Below, piece by piece: positions 9,471 through 18,939 of a DNA stretch of 64,000 nucleotides (the stretch's first letter is position 1; the number at the start of each line of letters is the position of its first letter). The position numbers and the translations under genes are program-made. The notes under the pieces are model-generated. The model saw only the letters and a program-made list of their open reading frames with translations, made no database searches and was not told the DNA's origin. Source of the stretch: an uncultured Spirochaetota bacterium (GTDB lineage: Bacteria > Spirochaetota > Spirochaetia > SZUA-6 > Fen-1364); assembly GCA_963734545.1 (NCBI GenBank), contig CAVTHO010000006.1, positions 416,001 through 480,000 on the forward strand, written 5' to 3'.

Positions 9471-10669
9471 TGCCGGTGATCACAGCGCACGACATCCAGC
9501 GGATGATCGACGGTCTGGCCCCCAAGGCGCTCGCCGCCCTGCGGGACAGGGACTTCCTGCTCACGTGGGACAAGGGCAGGGACGAGCTGGAGGCTGTTCT
9601 CCGGTGCGCCGAAATACTGAAAGCGCTGCGCACCGCGGGCATATCAGCCCGGGTCTGGGACTCGGGGCTGGCCGTGTCCCAGTTCCGGGACAATTCCACC
9701 CGCACCCGGTTCAGCTTCGCCTCCGCGTGCAACCTGCTGGGTCTTACCGTCTCCGACCTGGACGAGGGCAAGTCCCAGGTGGCGCACGGAGAAACGGTCC
9801 GTGAGACCTCGAACATGATCTCCTTCATGGCGGACGTCATCGGGATCAGGGACGACATGTACATCGGCAAGGGCCACACGTACATGAAGGCGGTTGCGGA
9901 GGCGGTTGACCAGGGCTTCCGGGACGGAGTCCTGGAACAGCGTCCCACCGTTGTCAACCTGCAGTGCGACATCGACCACCCCACGCAGAGCATGTCCGAC
10001 CTGCTTCACCTCGTCACTGAGCTCGGCGGCGTGGAGAAGCTCAAGGGGAAAAAGGTTGCCATGACCTGGGCCTACTCGCCCTCCTACGGAAAACCCCTCT
10101 CGGTCCCGCAGGGAGTGATCGGGCTGTTCACCCGGTTCGGCATGGATGTGAGCCTCGCGTATCCCGAGGGATACACTCTCATGCCCGAGGTCGTGGAAAA
10201 GGCGCACGCCTTTGCCCGGGAGTCGGGGGGAGGATTCCGCATCTGTGGTTCCATGGCCGAGGCATTCGAAGGAGCGCACGTGGTCTACCCCAAGAGCTGG
10301 GCGCCCTTTTCGGTGATGGAAGAGCGCACGGCCATCGTGGGGACAGGGGACAAGCGGAAGCTGGAAGAGCTGGAAAAGCGATGCCTGCAGAACAACGCGC
10401 AGTTCCAGGACTGGGAGTGCACGGAGAAGCTGATGGAGCGGACCAGTGACGCCCTCTACCTGCACTGCCTGCCCGCGGACATCACCGGCGTGAGCTGTGA
10501 CCACGGGGAAGTGGCGGCCGGCGTTTTCGATCGATTCAGGACCCCGCTCTATCGGCAGGCCGGCTGGAAACCGTACATCATTGCCGCCATGATATTTGTT
10601 TCCCGGATGGCTGATCCCCGCAAGACGCTCTCCGCGCTTCTCGACCGGGCGCAGAGCCGGATCATCTAG
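9470..10669 (+). CDS. ygeW: Knotted carbamoyltransferase YgeW
   Basis: FRDNSTRTRFSF, NLQCDIDHPTQ, WAYSPSYGKPLSVPQG, VYPKSWAP, HCLPADI; TGATG overlap with xdhD. Confidence 0.92.
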   Translation: MPVITAHDIQRMIDGLAPKALAALRDRDFLLTWDKGRDELEAVLRCAEILKALRTAGISARVWDSGLAVSQFRDNSTRTRFSFASACNLLGLTVSDLDEGKSQVAHGETVRETSNMISFMADVIGIRDDMYIGKGHTYMKAVAEAVDQGFRDGVLEQRPTVVNLQCDIDHPTQSMSDLLHLVTELGGVEKLKGKKVAMTWAYSPSYGKPLSVPQGVIGLFTRFGMDVSLAYPEGYTLMPEVVEKAHAFARESGGGFRICGSMAEAFEGAHVVYPKSWAPFSVMEERTAIVGTGDKRKLEELEKRCLQNNAQFQDWECTEKLMERTSDALYLHCLPADITGVSCDHGEVAAGVFDRFRTPLYRQAGWKPYIIAAMIFVSRMADPRKTLSALLDRAQSRII

Positions 10670-10680
10670 GATCCGGAGAT

Positions 10681-12555
10681 ATGCACCAGAAGGTGCTTTT
10701 TCTGGACGCGCAGACCGGTTTCTACAAGGTCCGCCGCTACGAGGTGGGACGCTTCTTCGGTCCGGTGGACCTGGGTCTCCACCTCTCCTCGAAGAGCCAG
10801 TCCATCAATATCGGTGTCGGCCTCCTGGCCGGTTCGATTTTCCCCGGCTCCAACAGGTTGTTCGTCACCGGGTTTTCCCCCTGCTGGCGCGGCTTCTACA
10901 TCTCTTCCATGGGCGGGGCAGGGCTGGTCTTCGACAACCTCGGCCTGAACATGGTGAGCATTCTCGGCAAGGCGCCCGTGCCCTCGATTCTCTATCTCAA
11001 CAGGTCACACGGGGAGGAGGTGGAGGTCGAGGTGGTCCCCGTGGACCTGGCGCGCATCTGGGAGCAGGGCAGGGGCGGCGCGTACGCGCTCATGGACCAT
11101 GTCTACCAGCTCTTTGCCGGCCGCTACGCCACGGACCCGCGCGTGCTCGCCGTCGGCCCCGCCGCCCTGGCCACCGACATGGGGGGCATCCTGTCCGTGC
11201 CGATCTCCCAGGGCAGGCTCAGCGACGTGGATACGTGGGCCGGGCGCGGCGGCATGGGGAGCAAGATGCTGAAGGAGCACGGCATCGCGGCGGTCATCTA
11301 CGGCGGCACCTATGTGGACGAGGATTTCCGGGACCGGAAGGTGGCGGACGAGTGGTTCGAAACCAAGTACAAGCAGAGGCTCCTCGCCAAGGACATGGAG
11401 GCGACAACCAAGTACCGGTTCGATCCCAAGTTCAACACCGGCGGCACCTTCGGCGTGAACTACGCGGGGATCGGCGGCCGGATCATGGCCTTCAACTATC
11501 GCACGATCTTCGACACCGAGCAGGGCAGGCAGGATCTGCGCGAGCGCCTGGTCGCCAACCACTACCTGAAGCAGTTCAACGAGGAAACCATCGTGCCGCG
11601 CCGGCAGCACACCTGCGGCGAGCCGTGCGCGGCGGTGTGCAAGAAGATGAAGGCCGAGTTCAAGAAGGACTACGAGCCCTACCAGGCGCTGGGACCGTTG
11701 TGCGGCATCTTCGACCAGCGCGCGGCCGAGCGGCTGTGTCACCACGCCGACATGCTCGGGTTCGACGCCATCTCGGTCGGCGGGGTGCTGGCCTGGATGA
11801 TGGACGTTCTCTCTGAGGGGCTCCTCACGAGGGAGGAGCTGGGAGTCACTGCCATGCCCCATTGGACGGTCGAAGGGTTCGACCCGGTGGCAGATTCGGC
11901 CCACAACGCGGAGCTCGGCGTCGAGCTTCTCGACTCCATCGTGCAGAAGCGGGGCCGGTGGACCTTTCCGACGGGCGCGCGGAAGTGGGGTCGGGGACTT
12001 TCCCGGGAGAAAGGGGTCCGGCTCCTGGACCGGTTCGTGTACGTGGCGTTCGGCCGGCAGGGATGGATGGTGCCCAACCAGTACTGGACGCCGGGATCGA
12101 TCGCGCCCATGGCGATCATGGGCAAGTACTACATGTACTACGGGAACGCCTTTGCGCCTCCGCGCACCCTGGGCAGGCTCTGCGCCGAGCGCTTCCAGAA
12201 GGAGCTCGTGATGGACACGGCGGGATTCTGCCGGTTTCACCGCGGGTGGGCGGAGGAGACGGTGCCGGATATCTTCGGCAGCCTCTACGGCATGAAGGAC
12301 CAGCTCCTTGCCGCCACCGCCGTCACCGCCAGCCGCATCAATTCGCGCAACGCCTCGGTGTACTGGGAGTCCGAGCGCGACATCGACTTCGTGCTGACGT
12401 TCCTGAAGCGCGCCCGTGACGTGGAGGGGGAAAAAGACCCGCAGCTCCCGGACTGGATCGCGCGGTTCGAGAAGGACAAGAAGGAAGCCGCGCTGGACTG
12501 GTGGTTCGAGATGCGCAAGGGAATAGACGAAAGCCTTCGGGAGTTCTCCACATGA
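10681..12555 (+). CDS. AOR-family tungsto/molybdo-enzyme, GAPOR-like (glyceraldehyde-3-phosphate:ferredoxin oxidoreductase)
   Basis: Motifs I recognise from Thermococcales GAPOR: AGSIFPGSNRL, WAGRGG, KYRFDPKFNTGGTFGVNY, TCGEPCAAVCKK, YEPY, MLGFDAI, CRFHRGW. Confidence 0.8.
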   Translation: MHQKVLFLDAQTGFYKVRRYEVGRFFGPVDLGLHLSSKSQSINIGVGLLAGSIFPGSNRLFVTGFSPCWRGFYISSMGGAGLVFDNLGLNMVSILGKAPVPSILYLNRSHGEEVEVEVVPVDLARIWEQGRGGAYALMDHVYQLFAGRYATDPRVLAVGPAALATDMGGILSVPISQGRLSDVDTWAGRGGMGSKMLKEHGIAAVIYGGTYVDEDFRDRKVADEWFETKYKQRLLAKDMEATTKYRFDPKFNTGGTFGVNYAGIGGRIMAFNYRTIFDTEQGRQDLRERLVANHYLKQFNEETIVPRRQHTCGEPCAAVCKKMKAEFKKDYEPYQALGPLCGIFDQRAAERLCHHADMLGFDAISVGGVLAWMMDVLSEGLLTREELGVTAMPHWTVEGFDPVADSAHNAELGVELLDSIVQKRGRWTFPTGARKWGRGLSREKGVRLLDRFVYVAFGRQGWMVPNQYWTPGSIAPMAIMGKYYMYYGNAFAPPRTLGRLCAERFQKELVMDTAGFCRFHRGWAEETVPDIFGSLYGMKDQLLAATAVTASRINSRNASVYWESERDIDFVLTFLKRARDVEGEKDPQLPDWIARFEKDKKEAALDWWFEMRKGIDESLREFST

Positions 12556-13848
12556 AAAGGAACGCGCTCGTGGCGCAGTCCGGCGGGCCGTCGCCGGTCA
12601 TCAACTCGTCCCTCCAGGGAGTGATCGAAGGCTGTCGTGCGTTCCCGGACCGGATCGGCACGCTCTATGCCGCGTGGCACGGCATCGAGGGTGTGCTCCT
12701 GGAGGAGCTCGTCGACCTGACACGCCAGCCGCGGGAGGAGAGTCTCCCTCCTGGCCACGACACCGGCCGCCGGGGCCGATCGGGACCTGCCGGTACAAGC
12801 TGACCGAGGAACAGCACGAGGACTTCGAGCGGATCGTCGAAGTGATCCGCGCCCACGACATCGGGTACTTCTTCTACATCGGCGGCAACGACTCCATGGA
12901 CACCGCGGCAAAGGTTTCGAAGCTCGCGCGCGAGCGCGGCGTGGAGCTGGTCGTGACGGGCGTGCCGAAGACCATCGACAACGACATCGGAGACGAGTCC
13001 TTCCGCATCATCGACCACACCCCGGGATACGGCAGCGCGGCCCGGTACTGGGCCTCGCTCATCCAGAACGTCAACGAGGAGAACCGCGGCATGTGCGTGT
13101 CCGAGCCCGTGGCGGTGCTCCAGGCCATGGGCAGAAAGTCGGGTTTCATCACGGCCGCCTCCCGGCTCGGGGACCCGCACCGTGAGATGCCGCTCCAGCT
13201 CTACATGGCCGAGACCCACCACACGCTGGAGAGCCTGCACGAGAACGTGAACCGCGAGCTGCGGCGCAGCGGCAGGTGCATCGTGGTCGTGAACGAGGGC
13301 TTCGACGTGGGCGGGGTCGGGGAAAGACACGACGGCTTCGGCCACATCGAGTACGGCGCCAGCCGCACCACCGCGGCGCAGGAGGTGGTCAACTACCTCA
13401 ACGAAAAAGGGCTGGCGGTGCGGGGCCAGGCCACCGGCCAGCTGCCCGGGAGTCATCCAGAGGTCGGTCTCGATGGAGGCCTCGACGGTGGACATCGCCG
13501 AGGCGCGTGAGGTGGCCGGCGAGGCCGTGCGCATCGCGGTCCGCGACGGCACCGGCTGGATGGCCACGATCCTCCGGAAGCCCGGGCGCCGACTATCGCG
13601 CTGCCTACGACAAGGTGCCGCTGGAGAAAGTGGCCAACTCCTCCCGGTTCATGCCCCGGGCCTGGATCACGAAGGACGGCCTGGACGTCACGGACGATTT
13701 CATCCGGTATGCCGCCCCGCTCATCGGCAACGGCTGCCCGCCGATTCCCATGGAAGCCGGCCTGCAGAGATTCGCGCGCTTCGACATCAGATTCATCGAC
13801 AGGAAGTGCCCGTCCTACACGCCGGTGAGGTTCAGGAAAAAAGGCTAG
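12552..13848 (+). CDS. pfp: Pyrophosphate-dependent phosphofructokinase; four +1 frameshifts (about 12740, 12777, 13450, 13585)
   Basis: AQSGGPSPVIN, IGGNDSMD (Asp typical of PPi use), VPKTIDND, TPGYGSAA, MGRKSG. Fragments rejoin to about 430 aa by removing single bases. Confidence 0.85.
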
Positions 13849-15701
13849 TACGTCAGGCCGAAACCATAAGGGAAGAGGGGGTCGGCGCGGGCTGCGGCAG
13901 TTCCGGTGCGCGGCCAGGTGAGGGGAAGCTTTCCGACAGGCTCGAAGTCTCCGAAAAGGACATCGGCAACGCCCGCGCCCTCCGTGCCCGGAAGCCAGGC
14001 TGCGAGAAGGGCCTTCCATCCTGGCAGCCGGTCCGTGACAACCAGCGGCCGTCCGGAGATGAGGACGGCGACAGTGGGAATGCCTGCGGCGGCCACACGG
14101 TCCAGCACCCTGAGGTCCTCATCGTCCAGGCCGGGATTCTCCGACCGATCCCCGCGGCCCTCGGCGTAAGGCTTCTCCCCGATCACGGCGATGGCCACGT
14201 CGAAGAAGGGCCGCGGCTGTGGCGCGGATTCGCGCGCGCGAATCGGAGTCCGCGGCGACACATCTGCGGCCCTTGCCTGCCTGTCGAACACTACCACCGT
14301 GTCCGGTGAGACCGCGTTCCTTATTGCAGCCAGGATCGTCGTGCCGGCAGTGATCTTCCCGCTCACCCCCTGCCAGGTGATGGACCAGCCGCCGAGCTGC
14401 GAGCCGAGGTTGTCCGCGTTCTTTCCCACCACGAGAACTCTTTTCAGGGTCTTCGGCAGCGGGAGGATGCCTCCCTCGTTCTTCAGCAGGACGACCGATT
14501 CGCGGACAGCCCGACGGGCAAGCCCGCGGTTCTGCGGTGATCCTGCCTGCGCAAGGTACCGGCGCGCGGCAAAGGGATGCTCGAACAGGCCCATGCGGAG
14601 CTTTGTGCGCAGGATGCGGCGTACCGCATCGTCGATGCGCTCCATGGGGACGGACCCTGCCCGCGCCTCGCTGAGAAGCGTTGCGGCGAACGCGCGGTAG
14701 TCGTCGGCGGCCATGAACACGTCGATGCCCGCGTTGACACCCGCGCGTACCTGCTCCGCGTACGCGCCGTTCAACTGGTTGATCCCCTTCCAGTCCGAGA
14801 CCACGATGCCGTCGAATCCCATCTTCTCCTTCAACAGGGTGGTGACGAGCCTCCGGTTCCCGTGCATCTTCTGTCCGTTCCAGGACGAGAAGGAGATCAT
14901 GACGGACCCGACGCCCTGATCCAGCGCCGCCTTGAACGGGGGGAGATGGACGGCCAGGAGCGTCTCTTCACTGCCCGCCGTGTCTCCCTGGTCCCGTCCG
15001 CCCTCTGTGCCGCCGTCCCCCAGGAAATGCTTGGCAGTGGCGAGCAGTGATGTCGGCAGGCCGGACGCGTCGCCCTGGTATCCCGCGATGAGGGAGGCCA
15101 TGCTGCTGACAAGCTCCGTGTTCTCCCCGAATGACTCGTAGGTCCTTCCCCACCTCTCGTCCTGGACCACGGCCAGGCAGGGAGAGAAAGTCCAGCGGAT
15201 CCCGGTTCCCGCCATTTCGAGCGCCGTGGCCCTGCCGATTTCCCGAACCAGGGCCGGGTCACGCGTGGCGCCGAGGCCGATATTGTGCGGGAAGATCGTT
15301 GTGCCGGTGGAGTGGCTGAAGCCGTGTACGGAGTCCACGCCATAGAGCAGGGGAATTGCCAGGCGCGTGGTGAGAGCGATCCGCTGATATCTGTCGAACG
15401 CGTCCGCCCACCCCTCGGGGGTGTTCGGTGAGGGCAGATCGTCCCCCCCGCTGAGGAGAGAACCGAGGGCGAGCGTTGCGACGTCCGCGGAATCCACGAG
15501 ACTGCCCGCATTGGCCTGCGTCATCTGGCCGATTTTCTCCTCCAGGGTCATCCGCGCCAGGAGGTCCTCGACCCGGGCTTCCACCTGCAGCCGGGAGTCG
15601 AGGGAGAGACTTTTCGCGGTGACACAGGAACCGAGAAACGCGGCGGCGCTGATCGCGGCGAGCGCGAACACGGCGCGGGCCGCGGCGGACCTGAGGCGCA
15701 T
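13845..15701 (-). CDS. GH3 beta-glucosidase, probable lipoprotein
   Basis: MTLEEKIGQM, GVDSVHG, WGRTYESFGE, AKHFLGDG, VVSDW nucleophile motif, AWLPGTEG, PYGFGLTY; lipobox-like LGSC. Confidence 0.93.
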   Translation of the reverse strand: MRLRSAAARAVFALAAISAAAFLGSCVTAKSLSLDSRLQVEARVEDLLARMTLEEKIGQMTQANAGSLVDSADVATLALGSLLSGGDDLPSPNTPEGWADAFDRYQRIALTTRLAIPLLYGVDSVHGFSHSTGTTIFPHNIGLGATRDPALVREIGRATALEMAGTGIRWTFSPCLAVVQDERWGRTYESFGENTELVSSMASLIAGYQGDASGLPTSLLATAKHFLGDGGTEGGRDQGDTAGSEETLLAVHLPPFKAALDQGVGSVMISFSSWNGQKMHGNRRLVTTLLKEKMGFDGIVVSDWKGINQLNGAYAEQVRAGVNAGIDVFMAADDYRAFAATLLSEARAGSVPMERIDDAVRRILRTKLRMGLFEHPFAARRYLAQAGSPQNRGLARRAVRESVVLLKNEGGILPLPKTLKRVLVVGKNADNLGSQLGGWSITWQGVSGKITAGTTILAAIRNAVSPDTVVVFDRQARAADVSPRTPIRARESAPQPRPFFDVAIAVIGEKPYAEGRGDRSENPGLDDEDLRVLDRVAAAGIPTVAVLISGRPLVVTDRLPGWKALLAAWLPGTEGAGVADVLFGDFEPVGKLPLTWPRTGTAAARADPLFPYGFGLTY

Positions 15702-15705
15702 GCCG

Positions 15706-16848
15706 TCAGTCCTCGGCAATGGTCGCTTCCCCGATCTCGGGAAGCGCAAACAGGCGGTCAAGGAACATGGCCGCCGCGCCGTACGCGACCACGAGCTCGC
15801 CCAGCTCGGAGAGCTCGATGGTGAGGTTTTTTTCTCCGTACGGCCAGTTTTTTTGTATCTCCCGCTCGAGGATCGGAATCAGGAGTCCCCGGTACTTCTC
15901 TATGCTGCCGCCGATGAACACGTGGGAGAGATCGAGCGTATTGACCAGCAGCGCCACGTTTCGTCCGAGCTCGGTCGCCACTTCCCTGAACGCCGCTTCG
16001 TCGTCGGCTGCCCTGCCCATCGTGTCGGAGGGGAGGGAGAACTGGCTCCTGGTCTCCGCCGTGCGAAACACGCTGCGGAATTCCCCCGCGGAGCTGCTTG
16101 CCCCGAGGTGGACCCGCCCGCTGATGACGAGCCCCATGCCTACCGAAACGCCGCCGCCGTTGATGTCATCCACGCGTTCCTTGCGGAACTCCCCGAGGAG
16201 GAACAGAAAATCCCGCGGCCGCGCCTTGCGATTGCGGATGAGCTCCGCCCAGCAGCAGCAGTTTGCGTCATTGTCTATCCGCAGAGGAACCCCGAGAAGC
16301 CTTGCGCTGGATGAATAGAAGTCAACAGGCGAAATAACGCCGAGCGGCAGGGACTGGCGGATGATGCCGCGCGCGGAGTCGATGATCCCTGACAGTCCCA
16401 CCCCCACGCAGAGCAGCTCCAGGCCCCGCGCCTCGAGGTCGCGCGTGACCTCGCTCACGACATCCAGGAACACCGAGGGGACCAGCTTCCCTGCCGATGA
16501 AAGCGGCGCCGAGCGCGAGTAGACGATCGTCCCGTCCAGATCGATTGCCACCGCGGTATAGCGCTCAGTCTGGATTTCCAGCCCGAGAACGCACCCGTAG
16601 GCTCGATTCACGGTCAGGAAGACGGGTTTCCGGCCTCCTTTCTGGCCGGCGTCCCCCTCCGCGGACTCCTCGATGATGCCGCGTTGAATGAGCTCGGCAA
16701 CGATCTTTGTCACGGTTGATTTGTCCAGGCCAAGGGCGCTGGAAATGCCGCTTCTGCTCGCCCCGGGATTGGACCAGACAGCCCTCAACACTCGATGCAG
16801 ATTGACAGGATCCTGATCTTTATTCAAAAGGAAGTCGATATTACTCAT
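15706..16848 (-). CDS. ROK family transcriptional repressor
   Basis: N-terminal wHTH (SRSGISSALGLDKSTVTKIV, GGRKP) plus ROK domain (GVGLSGII, IDNDANC, AGEF). Confidence 0.9.
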   Translation of the reverse strand: MSNIDFLLNKDQDPVNLHRVLRAVWSNPGASRSGISSALGLDKSTVTKIVAELIQRGIIEESAEGDAGQKGGRKPVFLTVNRAYGCVLGLEIQTERYTAVAIDLDGTIVYSRSAPLSSAGKLVPSVFLDVVSEVTRDLEARGLELLCVGVGLSGIIDSARGIIRQSLPLGVISPVDFYSSSARLLGVPLRIDNDANCCCWAELIRNRKARPRDFLFLLGEFRKERVDDINGGGVSVGMGLVISGRVHLGASSSAGEFRSVFRTAETRSQFSLPSDTMGRAADDEAAFREVATELGRNVALLVNTLDLSHVFIGGSIEKYRGLLIPILEREIQKNWPYGEKNLTIELSELGELVVAYGAAAMFLDRLFALPEIGEATIAED

Positions 16849-16873
16849 AGTAGATTTCTTCTATCAACCAATC
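16849..16873. promoter_or_regulatory. Putative ROK/XylR-type operator 2, abutting the ROK start codon
   Basis: Reverse complement GATTGGTTGATAGAAGAAATCTACT matches operator 1 at 18/25 positions. Confidence 0.55.
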
Positions 16874-16921
16874 TATACGATGCCTGAGATAATAGCAATC
16901 CATAAAAAAGCAATATTTTTC

Positions 16922-16950
16922 TTGACAAATCTTACTTCACGTGGTTTAAT
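16922..16950 (+). promoter_or_regulatory. sigma70-type promoter of the sugar ABC operon
   Basis: TTGACA-N17-TTTAAT in an AT-rich divergent intergenic region. Confidence 0.75.
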
Positions 16951-16951
16951 A

Positions 16952-16976
16952 CGTTGGTTTAGAGAATCAATCAACT
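16952..16976. promoter_or_regulatory. Putative ROK/XylR-type operator 1
   Basis: CGTTGGTTTAGAGAATCAATCAACT: imperfect palindrome GTTGGTT-N9-AATCAAC directly downstream of the -10, similar to Bacillus XylR operators. Confidence 0.65.
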
Positions 16977-16997
16977 TTATTCGGTCAGGGGTGGAAA

Positions 16998-17948
16998 ATG
17001 GCAGATGCCCTTACGGGGGCCAGGATCCTCGGCAGGCCAGGTAAAATAAGGCGCCGCATCAATCTCCCTCTCCTTAGCATGCTCCTGCCGGGAACGCTGG
17101 CGCTGCTGCTGTTCAGCTACGTGCCCATGGCCGGAATCGTAATTGCATTCAAGGACATCAACTACGTAAAGGGCATTCTCGGAAGCCCCTGGATCGGCTT
17201 CAAGAACTTCGAGTTCTTCATGAAGACCCCGGATGCATGGCTGATTACGCGGAATGCCATTCTCTACAATGCGGCGTTTATTGTCCTGGGCACAATCGCA
17301 GCGGTGGGGGTGGCGGTGCTCCTGGACGGGCTCCGGACCAAGAAGACGTCCCGGTTCTACCAGGGGGTCATGTTTCTCCCGTACTTCTTTTCCTGGATCG
17401 TCATCAGCACCCTGGTATTCTCCTTCCTCTCCACGGACCTTGGATTCTTCAACAAGGTGCTTTTTCCCGCGCTCGGCATCCCCACGGTCAACTGGTACAT
17501 CGAGCCGGTGTACTGGCCTTTCATCATCGTCTTTACCAACCTGTGGAAGTATACGGGCTACGGCAGCGTGGTATACCTTGCCGCCATTGCGGGCATAGAT
17601 CAAAACTGCTTCGAGGCCGCTGCGCTGGACGGGGCGAGCCGCTGGCAGACCGTCCGTCATGTGATGATCCCCCTGATCTCCTACCTCATCATCATACAGG
17701 TCATGCTCCAGATCGGCCGCCTGTTCTACTCGGATTTCGGGCTTTTCTACCAGGTGCCGCAGAACATGGGGCCCCTGTTCCCGGCAACGAACGTCATCGA
17801 CACGTACGTGTACCGCACGCTCGTCAATGTGGGCGACATAGGCATGTCGGCGGCCGCGGGTCTCTACCAGTCCGCGGTCGGCTTTGTCCTGGTCCTGGCG
17901 TCGAACCTCGTGGTCCGCAGGATCGATCCGGAGAAGAGTCTCTTTTAG
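16998..17948 (+). CDS. Carbohydrate ABC transporter permease 1 (LplB-like)
   Basis: SPWIGFKNF, LPYFFSW, EAAALDGA EAA loop, NVIDTYVYR. Confidence 0.92.
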   Translation: MADALTGARILGRPGKIRRRINLPLLSMLLPGTLALLLFSYVPMAGIVIAFKDINYVKGILGSPWIGFKNFEFFMKTPDAWLITRNAILYNAAFIVLGTIAAVGVAVLLDGLRTKKTSRFYQGVMFLPYFFSWIVISTLVFSFLSTDLGFFNKVLFPALGIPTVNWYIEPVYWPFIIVFTNLWKYTGYGSVVYLAAIAGIDQNCFEAAALDGASRWQTVRHVMIPLISYLIIIQVMLQIGRLFYSDFGLFYQVPQNMGPLFPATNVIDTYVYRTLVNVGDIGMSAAAGLYQSAVGFVLVLASNLVVRRIDPEKSLF

Positions 17949-17955
17949 CGAGGAT

Positions 17956-18882
17956 ATGAACAGCATGGAGCGCATGACGCTGACCCGCAAATTGATGAAG
18001 TTCGGCTCGACAGGGCAGATCGTCACTCACCTTCTCTTCATCTTCATAGTCGTGCTCTGCCTCTACCCGCTCGCTCTGGTCATCGGGATATCGTTCTCCG
18101 ACGAGACCTCCCTCGCCATCAACGGATTCAAGCTCGTGCCGCTGAAGACGAGCCTCAACGCGTACACCTTTGTGCTGAAGGAAAGCGACGCAATCCTCAG
18201 GGCCTACGGTGTGACCCTCCTCGTGACGCTCATGGGCACCGTGGCGAGTACGCTCGTGATCGCCCTGTATGCCTACGCATTGTCCCGCAAGGACTTCCGC
18301 GGCCGGAAATTCTTCTCCTTCCTGGCATTCTTCACTCTCCTGTTTTCCGGCGGCCTCGTGCCCTGGTACGTGCTGTGCGTGAACGTCCTCCATTTGAGAA
18401 ACAATATCTGGGCGCTGTTCCTTCCGTACCTGATGAACGCCTGGTACGTGCTCATCATGCGGACATTCTACAAGACGAATGTTCCCGACTCGATCGTCGA
18501 GTCCGCCAAGATGGACGGCGCCGGCGAGTACACGATCTTCTTCAGAATCGTGGTGCACCTGGCAAAGCCCGGGCTGGCCACGATAGCCCTGTTCAACACG
18601 ATCGTGTTCTGGAACGACTGGTGGCTCCCGCTCATGCTGGTGAACGACCCGAAGTGGTTCAACCTGCAGTTCCTCATGTACAGGGTCCAGAGCAATATCC
18701 AGTACCTCTCGAGCATGGCGGGAAACATCAGCGGAGTATCGGCGGACATCCTCAAGAGGCTCCCGTCGCGCTCCGCCCAGATGGCCATGTGCATCCTGTC
18801 CATCGGCCCCATCATCCTGGCGTATCCGTTCTTCCAGAAGTATTTCGTCAAGGGCATCACGATCGGTTCTTTAAAGGAGTAG
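17956..18882 (+). CDS. Carbohydrate ABC transporter permease 2
   Basis: FSGGLVPWY, ESAKMDGA, WNDWW, YPFFQKYFVKG. Confidence 0.92.
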   Translation: MNSMERMTLTRKLMKFGSTGQIVTHLLFIFIVVLCLYPLALVIGISFSDETSLAINGFKLVPLKTSLNAYTFVLKESDAILRAYGVTLLVTLMGTVASTLVIALYAYALSRKDFRGRKFFSFLAFFTLLFSGGLVPWYVLCVNVLHLRNNIWALFLPYLMNAWYVLIMRTFYKTNVPDSIVESAKMDGAGEYTIFFRIVVHLAKPGLATIALFNTIVFWNDWWLPLMLVNDPKWFNLQFLMYRVQSNIQYLSSMAGNISGVSADILKRLPSRSAQMAMCILSIGPIILAYPFFQKYFVKGITIGSLKE

Positions 18883-18939
18883 GCAAAGCCGGCCCGGTCG
18901 GCGGGCCGGATGCCATATATCACAAGAGGAGGTCTTGAG

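Noticed and set aside
12552-13848. Programmed ribosomal frameshifting in pfp
   Set aside because: No slippery heptamers, and the same indel type occurs in many unrelated genes.
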